Assembly: GCA_964581365.1 (NCBI GenBank)
Contig: CAZOOF010000004.1
Coordinates: 442-64,441, forward strand
Direction of reading: 5' to 3'
Length of the DNA stretch: 64,000 bases
Origin: an uncultured Chromatiales bacterium
Lineage (GTDB): Bacteria; Pseudomonadota; Gammaproteobacteria; SZUA-140
The translations under genes and the position numbers were made by a program. The stretch's first letter is position 1. Every line of letters begins with the position of its first letter. Shown in pieces: positions 9,429 through 20,534 of this stretch. The notes under the pieces were generated by a model that saw only the letters and a program-made list of their open reading frames with translations, was not told where the DNA came from and did no database searches.

Positions 9429-12002
9429 TCAGCCCTTTCCCGCGTCCCCGCTCGCCCGAATCCTGCTGCTGACGATCTCATCCATCAGGCGCAGCCCACT
9501 GAAGGCATCCTTGGCATAGTGCACGGAGTCAGGCCGCGTGTACACGGCCCGGCAGTCGCTCTCGACATAGCGACGAGTGAGCGCGGCGCCGCCTAGCAGC
9601 ACCGGCAGCTCCATGCCCTGGCGCCGCATCTCCTCCAGATTGTCCTTCATGATCACCGTCGACTTGACCAGCAGACCGGACATGCCGACGGCATCCGCAT
9701 CATGGTCACGCGCCGCTTCGATGATGTTTCCGATCGGCTGCTTGATGCCGAGGTTCACGACCCGGTACCCATTGTTGGTGAGAATGATATCAACCAGGTT
9801 CTTGCCGATGTCATGCACGTCGCCCTTGACCGTGGCAAGCACCAGCGTGCCCTTCTCCGAGCCTGCCGTCTTCTCCATGCGGGGTTCGAGGAAAGCCACC
9901 GCCGCCTTCATCGTCTCGGCAGACTGGAGCACAAACGGAAGTTGCATCTGCCCGGAACCAAACAGCTCGCCGACGACCTTCATTCCATCGAGCAGGAAGG
10001 TATTGATGATCTCGAGCGGAGAGTACTTTTCGAGCGCCTTACCCAGGTCTTCTTCCAGACCCTGGCGATCGCCATCGACGATGCGCTGCTTGAGCACCTC
10101 TTCGATCGTTTCCGGACGCGTCCGGCTGGCGCGCTCGATCTGCACGTCGCGGAACAGTTCGACGAAATGCAGCAGGGGATCGCGGCCGTCTCGATGATTA
10201 TTGAAGATCAGGTCCTCGGCGGCGATGCGATGCTCTTCGGGAATCCTGTGCAGCGGCAGAATCTTCGATACGTGGATGATGGCAGCCGTCATGCCGCGAG
10301 CCTGGGCATGGTGCAGGAACACCGAATTCAGGACCTGGCGCGCCGCAGGCGCGAGACCGAAGGAAATGTTGGACAGCCCGAGCATGATCTGACATTCGGG
10401 CAGTTCGCGGGCGATCGCCTCGATGGCATTCAGCGTGCTGATGCCATGTTCGCGGTCCTCATTGACGCCGGTACAGATGGTGAACGTCAACGGATCGAAC
10501 ACCAGATCGGATGCCGGCAGCCCATGCTCTTCCACCGCGAAGCGGTACAGACGATGGGCAATCTCGAGCTTGCGCTCGACGGACTTTGCCATCCCCTCCT
10601 CGTCTATGGTGAGCGCCACTACGGCGGCGCCATACCGCTTGGCATAGCCAAGCACGCGCGCCGCCTTTTCCTCTCCATCCTCGAAGTTGATGGAGTTGAT
10701 CATGCACTTGCCGCCGAGCAGCTTGAGCGCGGTTTCGATTACCGGCGGCTCGGTCGAGTCGATGACCAGAGGCACCGAGATCTGGCCCCGATACCGGCTG
10801 ACTACTTCGGCCATGTCCGAGGCTTCCGGACGCCCTACATAAGCAACGCAGACATCGAGCGCATGCGAGCCTTCCTTGACCTGCTCCCGTCCGAGCCCTA
10901 CCAGGCCGTCCCAGTCTTCCGCGGCGAGCAGTTCGCGGAACTTCTTCGATCCATTGGCGTTCGAGCGCTCGCCGATGGCGAAAACGGCGTTCTCCTGACG
11001 CAGCGGCACACTGGTATAGAGTGAACTCAGAGCCGGCACCAGCGTGACCTCGCGCTGGCGCGGAGCGGGATCGGAACGGCTGTCCAGCATTTCGCGCAGA
11101 CGTGCGATATGGGCCGGCGTAGTGCCGCAGCAGCCGCCGATCAGGTTCACGCAATCCTCTTCGACAAAACGCTGCTGCCAGTCCGCAAGCTCATCCGGAC
11201 CGAGCGGATACTCAGTGCGTCCGTCGACCAGCATCGGCAGCCCGGCGTTTGGCATCACCGAAATGAACCCGGGCCAGTTCTCGCCCAGATATTTCACATG
11301 CTCGGTCATCTCCGCAGGCCCGGTGGCGCAGTTCAGACCGATCGCGTCGACGTCCATCGCGGCCAGCGTAGTGACGGCGCAGCCGATATCCGAACCGACC
11401 AGCATGGCGCCGGTGGTTTCGATGGTGACCTGCGCGATGATCGGGACCTGCCGACCCTGCGTGGCGAAGGCGCGCCGCGCGGCACAGATGGCGGCCTTCA
11501 TCGTCAGCAGATCCTGATTGGTTTCGAGCAGCAATGCATCGACACCACCGTCGATCAGTCCACGAGCCTGCTCGTAGTATGAATCCTCCAGCGCATCGAA
11601 GTCGGTATGCCCCAGGCTGGGCAGGCGTGTACCGGGTCCCATGGAACCGAGCACATAGCGCGGCCAATCCGGCGTACTGAACTCGTCCGCGACTTCGCGA
11701 GCCAGCGTCGCGGCGATATGATTCAGCTCGTAAGTCCGCTCGACCAGATCGAACTCCGCGAACACGATCTTGTTGGCGCCGAAGGTGTTGGTCTCGACGC
11801 AATCGGCTCCCGCCTCGAAATAGGCCCGATGAAGCTTGCGCACGAAGTCGGGGCGCGTGCTGCAAAGGATCTCGGAGCAGTTCTCCAGACCGAGAAAATC
11901 GCGCTCCACATCCCAGGTTTCCGCCTGGATGAGTGTGCCGGTACCGCCATCGCAAAGCAGTACGCGACGGCGCAGACGATCGATGAAGGCTTCCCGTTCC
12001 AC
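9429..12002 (-). CDS. metH: Cobalamin-dependent methionine synthase, core only (Hcy-binding, pterin-binding and B12 cap/binding domains); lacks the C-terminal AdoMet reactivation domain
   Basis: The true start is GTG at 12002 (MEREAFIDRLRRRVLLCDGGTGT, GAGGT 7 nt upstream); the tracked N-terminal 146 aa are Arg-rich nonsense antisense to lpxL. The protein ends ...LLGGAALTRRYVESD...ASGDAGKG right after the B12-binding domain, ~857 aa versus ~1227 aa for E. coli MetH. Confidence 0.9.
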   Translation of the reverse strand: MEREAFIDRLRRRVLLCDGGTGTLIQAETWDVERDFLGLENCSEILCSTRPDFVRKLHRAYFEAGADCVETNTFGANKIVFAEFDLVERTYELNHIAATLAREVADEFSTPDWPRYVLGSMGPGTRLPSLGHTDFDALEDSYYEQARGLIDGGVDALLLETNQDLLTMKAAICAARRAFATQGRQVPIIAQVTIETTGAMLVGSDIGCAVTTLAAMDVDAIGLNCATGPAEMTEHVKYLGENWPGFISVMPNAGLPMLVDGRTEYPLGPDELADWQQRFVEEDCVNLIGGCCGTTPAHIARLREMLDSRSDPAPRQREVTLVPALSSLYTSVPLRQENAVFAIGERSNANGSKKFRELLAAEDWDGLVGLGREQVKEGSHALDVCVAYVGRPEASDMAEVVSRYRGQISVPLVIDSTEPPVIETALKLLGGKCMINSINFEDGEEKAARVLGYAKRYGAAVVALTIDEEGMAKSVERKLEIAHRLYRFAVEEHGLPASDLVFDPLTFTICTGVNEDREHGISTLNAIEAIARELPECQIMLGLSNISFGLAPAARQVLNSVFLHHAQARGMTAAIIHVSKILPLHRIPEEHRIAAEDLIFNNHRDGRDPLLHFVELFRDVQIERASRTRPETIEEVLKQRIVDGDRQGLEEDLGKALEKYSPLEIINTFLLDGMKVVGELFGSGQMQLPFVLQSAETMKAAVAFLEPRMEKTAGSEKGTLVLATVKGDVHDIGKNLVDIILTNNGYRVVNLGIKQPIGNIIEAARDHDADAVGMSGLLVKSTVIMKDNLEEMRRQGMELPVLLGGAALTRRYVESDCRAVYTRPDSVHYAKDAFSGLRLMDEIVSSRIRASGDAGKG

Positions 12003-12086
12003 TGCATTACCTCGGCCGACTGGCGACTGAATCAAACCTGATATGATACCCGCAAAACGCCCCCACCCACAGGCCAGGACGCCGTT

Positions 12087-12968
12087 TTGAAGCGAGAAAT
12101 GTTCATCAGGCTGTTCATGCGGCTTTGCGCGGCGCTGCCGTTGCGAGGCGCGCATGCGCTTGGCGCCGCGCTGGGGTCTGTTCTCGCGCTCATGCCGGGG
12201 CGCATCCGCAAAATTACGCACTGCAATGTGAAACTCTGCTTCCCCGAACTGTCCCCGTCTGAGCAGCGCCGCCTGGCATCGCGTTCGCTGCGAGGCACCG
12301 GCCAGACAGTGGCCGAGACCGGCGCGCTCTGGCACTGGCCGCCTGATCGCGTACTGGCGCTGATCACGGAAGTGGACGGGCGTGCTCCCGTCGATGCCGC
12401 CCTGCGCGCGGGTCGGGGAGCCATTCTGATGACTCCTCATCTCGGCAACTGGGAACTGGTCGGCCTGTACTGCTCTACGCTCTATCCGCTCACCAGCCTG
12501 TACCGCCCGCCGCGCATGAAGGGACTGGAAACGTATATGCGCGGATCACGCGAACGCTTTGGCGCCCGCCTGGTGCCGACGACCGCAGGCGGTGTCCGCC
12601 ACCTCTATCGCGCACTGGCCAGAGGGGAATTCATCGGGCTTCTTCCCGACCAGGAGCCGCAGCCGGGAAGCGGGGTATTCGCGCCCTACTTCGGCATACA
12701 GGCCTATACCATGACGCTGCTGGCGCGCCTGCTGGAGAAACACGAGGTTCCGGTATTCTTCGTCCACTCCGAACGCCTGCCTCGCAGTGCGGGATTCCGG
12801 ATCTGTTTCCAGCCCATGACTGCTGACTTCGACCGCAGCGATACGATCAGCGTGTGTACGGCAATGAATGCCGGCGTCGAAGCATGCGTGCGCCGCATTC
12901 CGGACCAGTACCAGTGGAACTACAAGCGCTTCCGCACCCGTCCCGAAGGAGAGCAACGCTTCTACTGA
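12087..12968 (+). CDS. Lipid A biosynthesis lauroyl/myristoyl acyltransferase (LpxL/HtrB/MsbB family)
   Basis: 293 aa; HLGNWE acyltransferase motif, PDQEP region. Confidence 0.8.
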   Translation: MKREMFIRLFMRLCAALPLRGAHALGAALGSVLALMPGRIRKITHCNVKLCFPELSPSEQRRLASRSLRGTGQTVAETGALWHWPPDRVLALITEVDGRAPVDAALRAGRGAILMTPHLGNWELVGLYCSTLYPLTSLYRPPRMKGLETYMRGSRERFGARLVPTTAGGVRHLYRALARGEFIGLLPDQEPQPGSGVFAPYFGIQAYTMTLLARLLEKHEVPVFFVHSERLPRSAGFRICFQPMTADFDRSDTISVCTAMNAGVEACVRRIPDQYQWNYKRFRTRPEGEQRFY

Positions 12969-13540
12969 GGGCGTCGGGCGACGATCATCGCCTCGTCGCG
13001 CAGTCCCTGCCGTATATCGCCCGCCAGACCCTCTTCACGATAGACCAGCACCTCCAAACCGCTGCATAGCGCCAGCAGCTCATTGGTGTCCAGCCGGAAG
13101 TCGAGATTACGGGGACCGGTGCCGGTTGCACTGGTGCGGGTAAACGTCTGATAGAACAGCAGCCCCCCGGGTCGCAATGCCGCCTTGATGGACGGAAACA
13201 GTCCGCGATCCAGGAAATGAGCGACCATGATCACGTCCCAGCTGTCCGGGTGTGGCGGCGCGGCAGTCAGATCGCGCGCCTCTGCGATCAACGGAAGACC
13301 GCGCTCACGCGCGAACTCCGTCAGGCGATGGATCACAACGGGAGAAATATCCCAGGCATGCGCGCGAAATCCGCGCTGCGCGAGCAGAGTGGCATTCCCC
13401 GCCAGTCCGCATGCCAGCTCCAGCGCATCGCCACTTTCGGGCAGCAAATGCAGATTCTCCGCCAGCACCCGCGTTGCGGGCGACGGAAGCTGCGTTTTGT
13501 CGCGATAAACTGCGTCCCATTTTTCCCGTGGATCTTCCAT
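12962..13540 (-). CDS. Class I SAM-dependent methyltransferase
   Basis: LELACGLAGNATLLAQRG (motif I), DVIMVAHFL. Start placed at MEDPREKW, whose ATG overlaps the trkH stop (TGATG). Confidence 0.7.
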   Translation of the reverse strand: MEDPREKWDAVYRDKTQLPSPATRVLAENLHLLPESGDALELACGLAGNATLLAQRGFRAHAWDISPVVIHRLTEFARERGLPLIAEARDLTAAPPHPDSWDVIMVAHFLDRGLFPSIKAALRPGGLLFYQTFTRTSATGTGPRNLDFRLDTNELLALCSGLEVLVYREEGLAGDIRQGLRDEAMIVARRPQ

Positions 13541-14979
13541 CACTTTCTCCAGAACCCAGGTGTCAGCAACAGAAGCAGAGTAAAGATCTCCAGCCGCCCG
13601 ATCAACATCGCGACACACAATACCGCCTTCGCGCCGACGCCGAGGCCGGCATAATCGTGCGCCACCTCACCCAGGCCCGGCCCCAGATTATTGATGCAGG
13701 CGGCAACCGCGGAGAACGCCGTGACCATATCGATGCCGGACATGTGCAGGATCACTGTCATGGCAACGAAGCTGAACATGTAAAGCGAGAAATACCCCCA
13801 AACGGCGTCTATCACCTCGGCGTTCGCATCCTGGCTCCCGATCCGGATGAAATACACTGCATTGGGATGAACCAGCCGATGAATCTCGCGCCCGGCCTGC
13901 TTCATCAGCAGCAGAATCCGGAAAACCTTCAGGCCGCCCGCCGGCGAGCCTGCGCATCCGCCAACGAAGCTCGCCATCAGCAGCAACAGCGGCACGAACA
14001 GAGGCCAGAGGTGATGATCGGTAGAGGTGAATCCCGCCGTCACCATCATCGACACCGCTTCGAAGATGCCGTGCTGCGCGGCATAGGTGACCTCGAAAGC
14101 GGTTAATGACAAGGAAATCACCACCAAGGAAGCCACGAAGGCCAGCATCAGCAGGTAGGCCTTCAGCTCCACGCTCTCTCGATACGGGTCCAGCGTACCC
14201 CCGCGCCAGGCGAGGAAATGGAGAGCGAAGTTCAACCCCGCCAACAGCATGAAAATGACCGCCACGGCCTCGATCGCGGGACTTCCAAACCACGCAAAAC
14301 TGGCATCATGGGTCGAAAAGCCACCCAGAGATACCGTCGACATGGCATGAGCCACCGCATCGAACAGACTCATCCCCGCCAGCCAGTATGCCAGCGCACA
14401 GGCCACAGTGAAGCCAAGGTACACGTACCACAGCCTGCGGGCGCTCTGCGCCAGGCGCGCCGACAGCTTGTTGTACTTCATCGGCCCCGGCGTCCAGGCG
14501 CGATACAGCTGCATGCCGCCGATACCCAGCATGGGCATTATTGCCGCCGCAAGCACGATGACGCCCATTCCACCGATCCACTGCAGCTGTTGCCGATAGA
14601 AAAGCGTCGAGCGCGGCAGCTCATCGAGACCGACGATGATGGTGGCTCCGGTAGTGGTGAGTCCGGAGACCGACTCGAAAAGCGCATCGATCGGTGCGAG
14701 ACCCGGCGTGAACAGGAGGGGCACCATGCCCGCAAGCCCGATCACCACCCATAGGGCGACCACTACCAGAAAGCCGTCTCTCAGGCGCAACTCGACCGCG
14801 CGCCTGCGGACCGGTAGCCATCCGCTGGCGCCGATCGCTGCCAGCGCCAGGCCGCACAGCAGGAACACGGCCGCCGTATCCTCACCCTGATCGAGCGCGA
14901 TAGCCGCCGGCGGCAGCATCGACAGGCTGAACAGCATCAACCCCAGGAACACGATGTACTGTATGGCGCGCAGCTGCAT
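13540..14979 (-). CDS. trkH: Trk system potassium uptake protein TrkH
   Basis: 479 aa polytopic membrane protein; TrkH/KtrB family signature GFSTHD. Confidence 0.9.
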   Translation of the reverse strand: MQLRAIQYIVFLGLMLFSLSMLPPAAIALDQGEDTAAVFLLCGLALAAIGASGWLPVRRRAVELRLRDGFLVVVALWVVIGLAGMVPLLFTPGLAPIDALFESVSGLTTTGATIIVGLDELPRSTLFYRQQLQWIGGMGVIVLAAAIMPMLGIGGMQLYRAWTPGPMKYNKLSARLAQSARRLWYVYLGFTVACALAYWLAGMSLFDAVAHAMSTVSLGGFSTHDASFAWFGSPAIEAVAVIFMLLAGLNFALHFLAWRGGTLDPYRESVELKAYLLMLAFVASLVVISLSLTAFEVTYAAQHGIFEAVSMMVTAGFTSTDHHLWPLFVPLLLLMASFVGGCAGSPAGGLKVFRILLLMKQAGREIHRLVHPNAVYFIRIGSQDANAEVIDAVWGYFSLYMFSFVAMTVILHMSGIDMVTAFSAVAACINNLGPGLGEVAHDYAGLGVGAKAVLCVAMLIGRLEIFTLLLLLTPGFWRK

Positions 14980-15011
14980 GCCCGCTCCAGCTCCGGCGGA
15001 TCAGCCGCAGA

Positions 15012-16385
15012 CTAGAAGAATGTCACGCCGACCTGGAACAGACGCTCCACCTCGGCGATGCGCTTCTTGTCGACCACGAACAGGATGACGTGATCCTCGG
15101 CTTCGATGACGGTATCGTGATGCGCCATGATGACTTCATCCCCGCGCACGATGGCGCCTATGGTCGTCTGCGGAGGCAGGCGGATTTCACCTACCGCGCG
15201 GTCCACTACCCGTGATGTCTTGCGATCCCCATGCGCCACTGCCTCGATCGCCTCCGCCGCCCCGCGCCTGAGCGAGTGCACCATCACCACGTCTCCGCGG
15301 CGAACGTGCGCCAGCAGGGTTCCGATGGTGGCGTGATAGGGCGAAATGGCAATGTCGATGTCACCGCTTTGCACCAGATCTACATAGGCTCCGCGGTTGA
15401 TCAGCGAAATGACCTTGCGCGCTCCAAGACGCTTGGCCAGCATGCCGGACAGGATATTCGCCTCATCGTCGTTGGTTACCGCGCAAAACACGTCGGTGTT
15501 CTCGATATTCTCCTCGACGAGCAGGTCTTCATCGGCCGCGTCGCCGAGCAAAACCAGGCTGCGGCTCAGCTCCTGGGAAATTCGCTGTACCCGCGCCGGG
15601 TCGTGCTCGATCACCTTGACGTGATAGCGCTGCTCGAGAGCCGCGGCCAGCCCCAGCCCTATATTGCCGCCTCCGACCAGCATGATCCGCCGCACCTCGC
15701 GGTCGAGACGTCTCATCTCCCCCATGACCGCGCGAATGTCGCGTATCGCGGCGATGAAGAAGACCTCATCATCCGCCTCGATCACGGTGTCGCCCTGGGG
15801 AATGATGGCGGCGCCGCGGCGGAAGATGGCAGCCACCCGCGCCCGGTCCCCCGGAATGCGGGTGGCAAGGTCACGAAGCTGGTGTCCGACCAGCGGACCG
15901 CCATGATAGGCTTCGATCGCCACCAGCTGCGCCCGCCCCCCCGCAAAATCGAGCACCTGTAGCGCACCAGGATATTCGATCAGGCGCTGCAGTTGATCGA
16001 TCACCAGCTTTTCCGGGCTGATCACCACATCGATCGGCAGCGCCTCCTGGCTGAAGAGATCCGGCTCGTCCAGGTAGTCGCGCGCCCTGACCCGCGCAAT
16101 CTTGGTCGGGGTGTGGAACAGAGAGTACGCCACCTGACAGGCAACCATGTTGGTTTCGTCGCTGTTGGTTACAGCGATGATCATGTCGGCATCTTCGGCG
16201 CCCGCGCGACGCAACACCCCGGGATGCGCCGCCTCGCCCAGGACCGTGCGCAGATCGAAGCGCTCCTGCAGATCATGGAGGCGCCGCGGATCGTTATCCA
16301 CGACGGTGATGTCATTGGCTTCACTCGACAGCGTCTCCGCCACCGAAGCACCCACCTGCCCTGCGCCAAGCACGATGATCTTCAT
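15012..16385 (-). CDS. trkA: Trk system potassium uptake protein TrkA (tandem RCK/NAD-binding)
   Basis: 457 aa, [12 protein letters not shown]..., a second Rossmann fold MLVGGGNIG. Confidence 0.9.
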   Translation of the reverse strand: MKIIVLGAGQVGASVAETLSSEANDITVVDNDPRRLHDLQERFDLRTVLGEAAHPGVLRRAGAEDADMIIAVTNSDETNMVACQVAYSLFHTPTKIARVRARDYLDEPDLFSQEALPIDVVISPEKLVIDQLQRLIEYPGALQVLDFAGGRAQLVAIEAYHGGPLVGHQLRDLATRIPGDRARVAAIFRRGAAIIPQGDTVIEADDEVFFIAAIRDIRAVMGEMRRLDREVRRIMLVGGGNIGLGLAAALEQRYHVKVIEHDPARVQRISQELSRSLVLLGDAADEDLLVEENIENTDVFCAVTNDDEANILSGMLAKRLGARKVISLINRGAYVDLVQSGDIDIAISPYHATIGTLLAHVRRGDVVMVHSLRRGAAEAIEAVAHGDRKTSRVVDRAVGEIRLPPQTTIGAIVRGDEVIMAHHDTVIEAEDHVILFVVDKKRIAEVERLFQVGVTFF

Positions 16386-16399
16386 GGGGGACCGTCTCT

Positions 16400-17749
16400 C
16401 TAGTCGTTACGAGGTTTGATGCCGAGCATGCGCAGCTTGCGATAGAGATGGGTCCGCTCTATTCCGGCACGCTGAGCGACTTCAGCCACGTTCCCGCCGA
16501 GCGCCTCGAGCTGATATTCGAAATATGCGCGCTCGAAATCCATCCGCGCCGCGCGCAGCGGAGCATCGAAGCTTATTGGCAAAGCCGCCTGACGTGAGCG
16601 GCCGGCAAGCGCATCTTCGATCTCCGACTCGTCGATCTCCTCGCCGGTGCCGAGTATCAGCAGCCGCTGCACCAGATTCTTCAGCTCACGCACGTTTCCG
16701 GGCCAGTCATGAGCGCACAGCCGTCGCACCGCGCCCTCGGTGAAGCGTCGACGCGGCAGGTTGTCGTGACGGACGAACAGTTCGACGTAGTGTTCGAGGA
16801 GTTCGGGAACATCTTCGGCGTGTTCCCGCAGGGGCGCCACGCGCAGCGGCACCACGTTGAGCTGATAATACAGATCTTCGCGAAAGCGGCCGGCAGCAAT
16901 GTATTCCTGCAGGTCCCGGTGGGTGGCAGCGACTACCCGCGCGTCGAACTGCACTGGATCTCTGCCGCCGACGCGCACAAAGCTCTTGTTCTCGAGTGCG
17001 CCGAGCAGTTTGGTCTGCACCGCCGGATCCATATCAGCGACTTCGCTGAGAAAAAGGGTACCGCCATTGGCCTGCTCCAGGTAGCCATAGCGCACATCGC
17101 TGTTCCGCTCAGAACCAAAGAGCGCCGCCGCGGCGTTCTCACTGACCAGTGTCGCAACGCCGACCTCGACGAACGGACCTGCGCTGCGCGAACCGCTTGC
17201 GTGCAAATAGCGCGACAGCAGCTCCTTGCCCGCACCCGGCTCGCCGCTGATCAGCACCCAGGCATTGTGACGGGCGATGCGTCGCGCCTGATCCCGCAGC
17301 GCCCGCATCACGCGACTGCTGCCTATGGGTTCCGGCAGCGCCTGCGCCTGACGGCGCAACTCGATGTTCTCCCGCTGCAACCTGTCGGCTTCCAGCGCTC
17401 GCTGCACCGTCAGCAGGAGCTTCGAGAGCGACAGCGGCTTCTCGATGAAATCATAGGCGCCGAGGCGCGTAGCCTCGACCGCCGTCTCGACCGTGGCATG
17501 TCCCGAAATCATTATCACCGGCGCTGTGAAGCCTATCTGCTCCTTCCACTCCCGCAGCAGGGATATGCCATCGGAGTCCGGCAGCCATACATCCATGAGC
17601 ACCAGATCCGGCCGCCGCGCCCGTCGCGCCCGTCGCCCCTCCTCCGCTGTTTCGGCGACGCTGACCTCGTAGCCCTCGTCGACGAGAATGTCGCGGACCG
17701 TTTCTCCGATGTCGGGTTCGTCGTCGATGACCAGTATGTGCGCACTCAT
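16400..17749 (-). CDS. ntrX: Sigma-54-dependent response regulator (NtrX-like)
   Basis: Receiver domain (DDEPD...DVWLPD), AAA+ sigma-54 interaction domain ([14 protein letters not shown]-like region), C-terminal HTH; paired with the upstream NtrY-like kinase. Confidence 0.8.
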   Translation of the reverse strand: MSAHILVIDDEPDIGETVRDILVDEGYEVSVAETAEEGRRARRARRPDLVLMDVWLPDSDGISLLREWKEQIGFTAPVIMISGHATVETAVEATRLGAYDFIEKPLSLSKLLLTVQRALEADRLQRENIELRRQAQALPEPIGSSRVMRALRDQARRIARHNAWVLISGEPGAGKELLSRYLHASGSRSAGPFVEVGVATLVSENAAAALFGSERNSDVRYGYLEQANGGTLFLSEVADMDPAVQTKLLGALENKSFVRVGGRDPVQFDARVVAATHRDLQEYIAAGRFREDLYYQLNVVPLRVAPLREHAEDVPELLEHYVELFVRHDNLPRRRFTEGAVRRLCAHDWPGNVRELKNLVQRLLILGTGEEIDESEIEDALAGRSRQAALPISFDAPLRAARMDFERAYFEYQLEALGGNVAEVAQRAGIERTHLYRKLRMLGIKPRND

Positions 17750-19962
17750 GAGCTCACCTGTCCGTCGCTGCTTCTCTCTCCAGCGCCCGACTCGCGAGTG
17801 ACGTCGTCGAGCGGCAGCTGTATCACTATTACCGCCCCTCCTTCGGGCGCATTCTCCGCCCAGACATTGCCGCCGTGCTCTTCGACGATTTTCTTCACTA
17901 CCGCCAATCCCAGTCCGGTGCCCTTATGCTTGGATGTAATGTACGGCTCGAAGAACTGCCCGCTCATGTCCGGCGGAAAGCCTGGTCCGTTATCCCCGAT
18001 GCGCAGCTCCACTCGCCCGGTCTCGGCCGCGAGCGCCCGGGCCGAAATCGTGATCTCACATTGCCGCCCGGGCGTTGCCGCCTCCAGCGCGTTCTTCACC
18101 ACATTGTGCAACAACTGACGCATGCGCCCGCCATCCACTCGAACGAGGGGCAGACTGGAATCGAAATCGATCACGAAACTGGCTGCTGCCTCTCCACGAT
18201 ACAGATCGAGAACCTCTTCGACCAGCCGTCGCAGATCGAGCCGCTGCAGGCGCAGTTGCGGTGTACGCGCATAATCGGAAAAGGCCTTGACCATCTCCTC
18301 CATGACCTGAACCTGCTGCACGATGGTGTGAGTGGAGCGATCGAGCACCTCGGCATCGGCAGGATCCATTCCGCGCAGGTACTTGTGACGCAGCCGCTCT
18401 GCCGACAGGCGGATCGGCGTCAGCGGATTCTTGATTTCATGCGCCAGACGGCGCGCCACCTCACCCCAGGCGGCGTCACGCTGGGCCTGGACCAGCGCGG
18501 TAACGTCTTCGAACACCAGCACCGTGCCCGCGCCCTGTCGCTCGGTGGCTGGCAGGGTTGCGCCGCCGCACATGAGGATCCGGCGGCCGGACGGACCATC
18601 GATGGCGATTTCCCTGCGCCAGTCGGTGTCGCTCCCCAGATGCGGCCGGATCGCATCAACGAACGGCTCAAGATGGGCATGGTCGGAACCTATGCTGACC
18701 AGCGGACGCGAGATGTATGGGCGAAGATCGACGCCGAGGATCTGGCCCGCCGCCTGGTTCGCGGTCCGCACGATGCGCCTGCGATCGAGTGTCAGCACCC
18801 CCGATGACAGCCGACCGAGCACGGCGCGCAGATAGGCGCGCTCGTCCTCCGCCTGGCGCTGACTCACTCGCGCCTCGTCGCGCGCCACCGCCAGTCGCCG
18901 CGTCATGTCGTTGAACGACTGCACCAGAAAGCCCATTTCGTCGCTGGAGTATTGAGGTAACTGCCGGTCATAGTCTCCGGACGCCACCGCACGCGTGCCG
19001 ATGGCGAGAACCCGAATGGGAGCGACCAGGCGGCGCGCGAAGAAGAACGCCGTCCACACTGACAGCAGCAGACTCAGCAGCAACACCAGCGACAGAGTGA
19101 GGAGGAAGCTGCTTTTCAGCGGACCACGCAGGTAATCGAGCTGCCGGTAACGGCTCGCCCCCTCTTCCACGCTTTCGGCCAGCGCGCTCATGTGCCCGGA
19201 TACCGGATAGAGGGCCTGCAACAGGCGGATTTCGTCCACACGCCCGGAAGCCGGCACAGACACCAGCACCCGAAAGCGCAGATCAAAGGGCGCAGCGGCG
19301 TCCAATCCAACGTAGCTTCCTCCCTGACGCACCTGACGCATCACGCTTTCGGAAGGCATGTCGGGCACGATCTCCAGCGGGTCGGCACTGCTGAACGCGA
19401 GAATATGCCCGCCGCCGCCGATCAGGGTCAGCTCCTGGATATCGTTGAGAATGCGCAGCTCGTTCAAACCGCTCGTCAGCCGGTCTGTCCCCATGCCCGC
19501 GAGCAGGGCCGCGATCTGACCGGTTCGGCGCAGATATTCACGCTTGCGTTCATCGAGCGAAATGCGGCTCAGCTCGAGGGCATCATCGAAGGCGCGCTCG
19601 AACCGCACATCGAACCAGCTGTCGACGCCACGCGCAATGAATTCCTGCGAGAAGTAATAGACGACCGCACCCGGCAGCAGGGCGAGCAGGACGAACATGC
19701 CCACCAGGCGGGCGGCGAGACGGGAACCAACGGCCCGCGCCCGATACTGCCTCACCAGACGAGCCAGATTTACTCCGATCAGCACCACCAGCGTGATCAG
19801 GCCGACGAGGTTGACCGCCAGTAGAGCGAGATAGAGACGGCCGAATTCTTCCGAGTTGCGCGTCGCCGCCCCCATCAGATACAGGGAGGTGAGCAGCAGC
19901 ACCGACAATGCGACGATGGGCAGAACGCCCTGTGTCAGTCTCCCCCGGCTCAAAAGCGCCAC
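17746..19962 (-). CDS. ntrY: Sensor histidine kinase (NtrY-like: N-terminal TM segments, HAMP, PAS, HisKA, HATPase)
   Basis: 738 aa; H-box RLAHEIKNPLTPI, N/G boxes; overlaps ntrX by 4 nt. Confidence 0.8.
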   Translation of the reverse strand: MALLSRGRLTQGVLPIVALSVLLLTSLYLMGAATRNSEEFGRLYLALLAVNLVGLITLVVLIGVNLARLVRQYRARAVGSRLAARLVGMFVLLALLPGAVVYYFSQEFIARGVDSWFDVRFERAFDDALELSRISLDERKREYLRRTGQIAALLAGMGTDRLTSGLNELRILNDIQELTLIGGGGHILAFSSADPLEIVPDMPSESVMRQVRQGGSYVGLDAAAPFDLRFRVLVSVPASGRVDEIRLLQALYPVSGHMSALAESVEEGASRYRQLDYLRGPLKSSFLLTLSLVLLLSLLLSVWTAFFFARRLVAPIRVLAIGTRAVASGDYDRQLPQYSSDEMGFLVQSFNDMTRRLAVARDEARVSQRQAEDERAYLRAVLGRLSSGVLTLDRRRIVRTANQAAGQILGVDLRPYISRPLVSIGSDHAHLEPFVDAIRPHLGSDTDWRREIAIDGPSGRRILMCGGATLPATERQGAGTVLVFEDVTALVQAQRDAAWGEVARRLAHEIKNPLTPIRLSAERLRHKYLRGMDPADAEVLDRSTHTIVQQVQVMEEMVKAFSDYARTPQLRLQRLDLRRLVEEVLDLYRGEAAASFVIDFDSSLPLVRVDGGRMRQLLHNVVKNALEAATPGRQCEITISARALAAETGRVELRIGDNGPGFPPDMSGQFFEPYITSKHKGTGLGLAVVKKIVEEHGGNVWAENAPEGGAVIVIQLPLDDVTRESGAGERSSDGQVSS

Positions 19963-20534
19963 TCGTGCCAGCCACTGCTCAGGCGCCAGTCCGATGAAAC
20001 CAGCGCCCGAAGACGCAGCGGAACGGGCAATGCATCGGTATCCATGCTGGCGCGCATACGGCCGATATAGCTCGCTTCGGGATCGAGCAGATTGGCATCT
20101 ATCAGTGGCAGATCGACGATCCGGCCAAGGGCGTCCAGCGCAGCTTCGCGGGTCGGAAATGCGGCTTGCGTGTCGATATTGAGATTGCGGACGGTGTACT
20201 GACGAGTGAGCTCGTGATGATCGAGCTCATAGCGTTGTTTGAGCGTGGTGACCGTCTCGTTCCAGAGATAGGGGCGTTCGCGCAGGATCTCCACCTCCAG
20301 AATCACCGGCACGGGCACGCCGCGCTCGAGAGCCTCGACGACTGGAGAGCCGAGAATGAAATGTATCCCGGCATTGAGGTAGTACACCTCGTCGCGCAAC
20401 ACCACCGATACCTGCTCGGTCCGAAAGCCGGCAACCTCCGCCACGGACTCAGGCGCCTCATCCTCGGCACTCACGGTGATCGCCGACATGAACAGCGCGA
20501 TCGCTCCGAATCGCATTGCGCAACGCATCATCAT
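19950..20534 (-). CDS. DUF4390 family periplasmic protein (conserved partner of ntrYX)
   Basis: 194 aa with signal peptide; conserved position between rsmB and ntrY. Confidence 0.6.
   Translation of the reverse strand: MMMRCAMRFGAIALFMSAITVSAEDEAPESVAEVAGFRTEQVSVVLRDEVYYLNAGIHFILGSPVVEALERGVPVPVILEVEILRERPYLWNETVTTLKQRYELDHHELTRQYTVRNLNIDTQAAFPTREAALDALGRIVDLPLIDANLLDPEASYIGRMRASMDTDALPVPLRLRALVSSDWRLSSGWHEWRF

Noticed and set aside
12003-12440. 146-aa N-terminal extension of metH
   Set aside because: Arg-rich nonsense antisense to lpxL; MetH homology begins at VEREAFIDRLRRRVLLCDGG.
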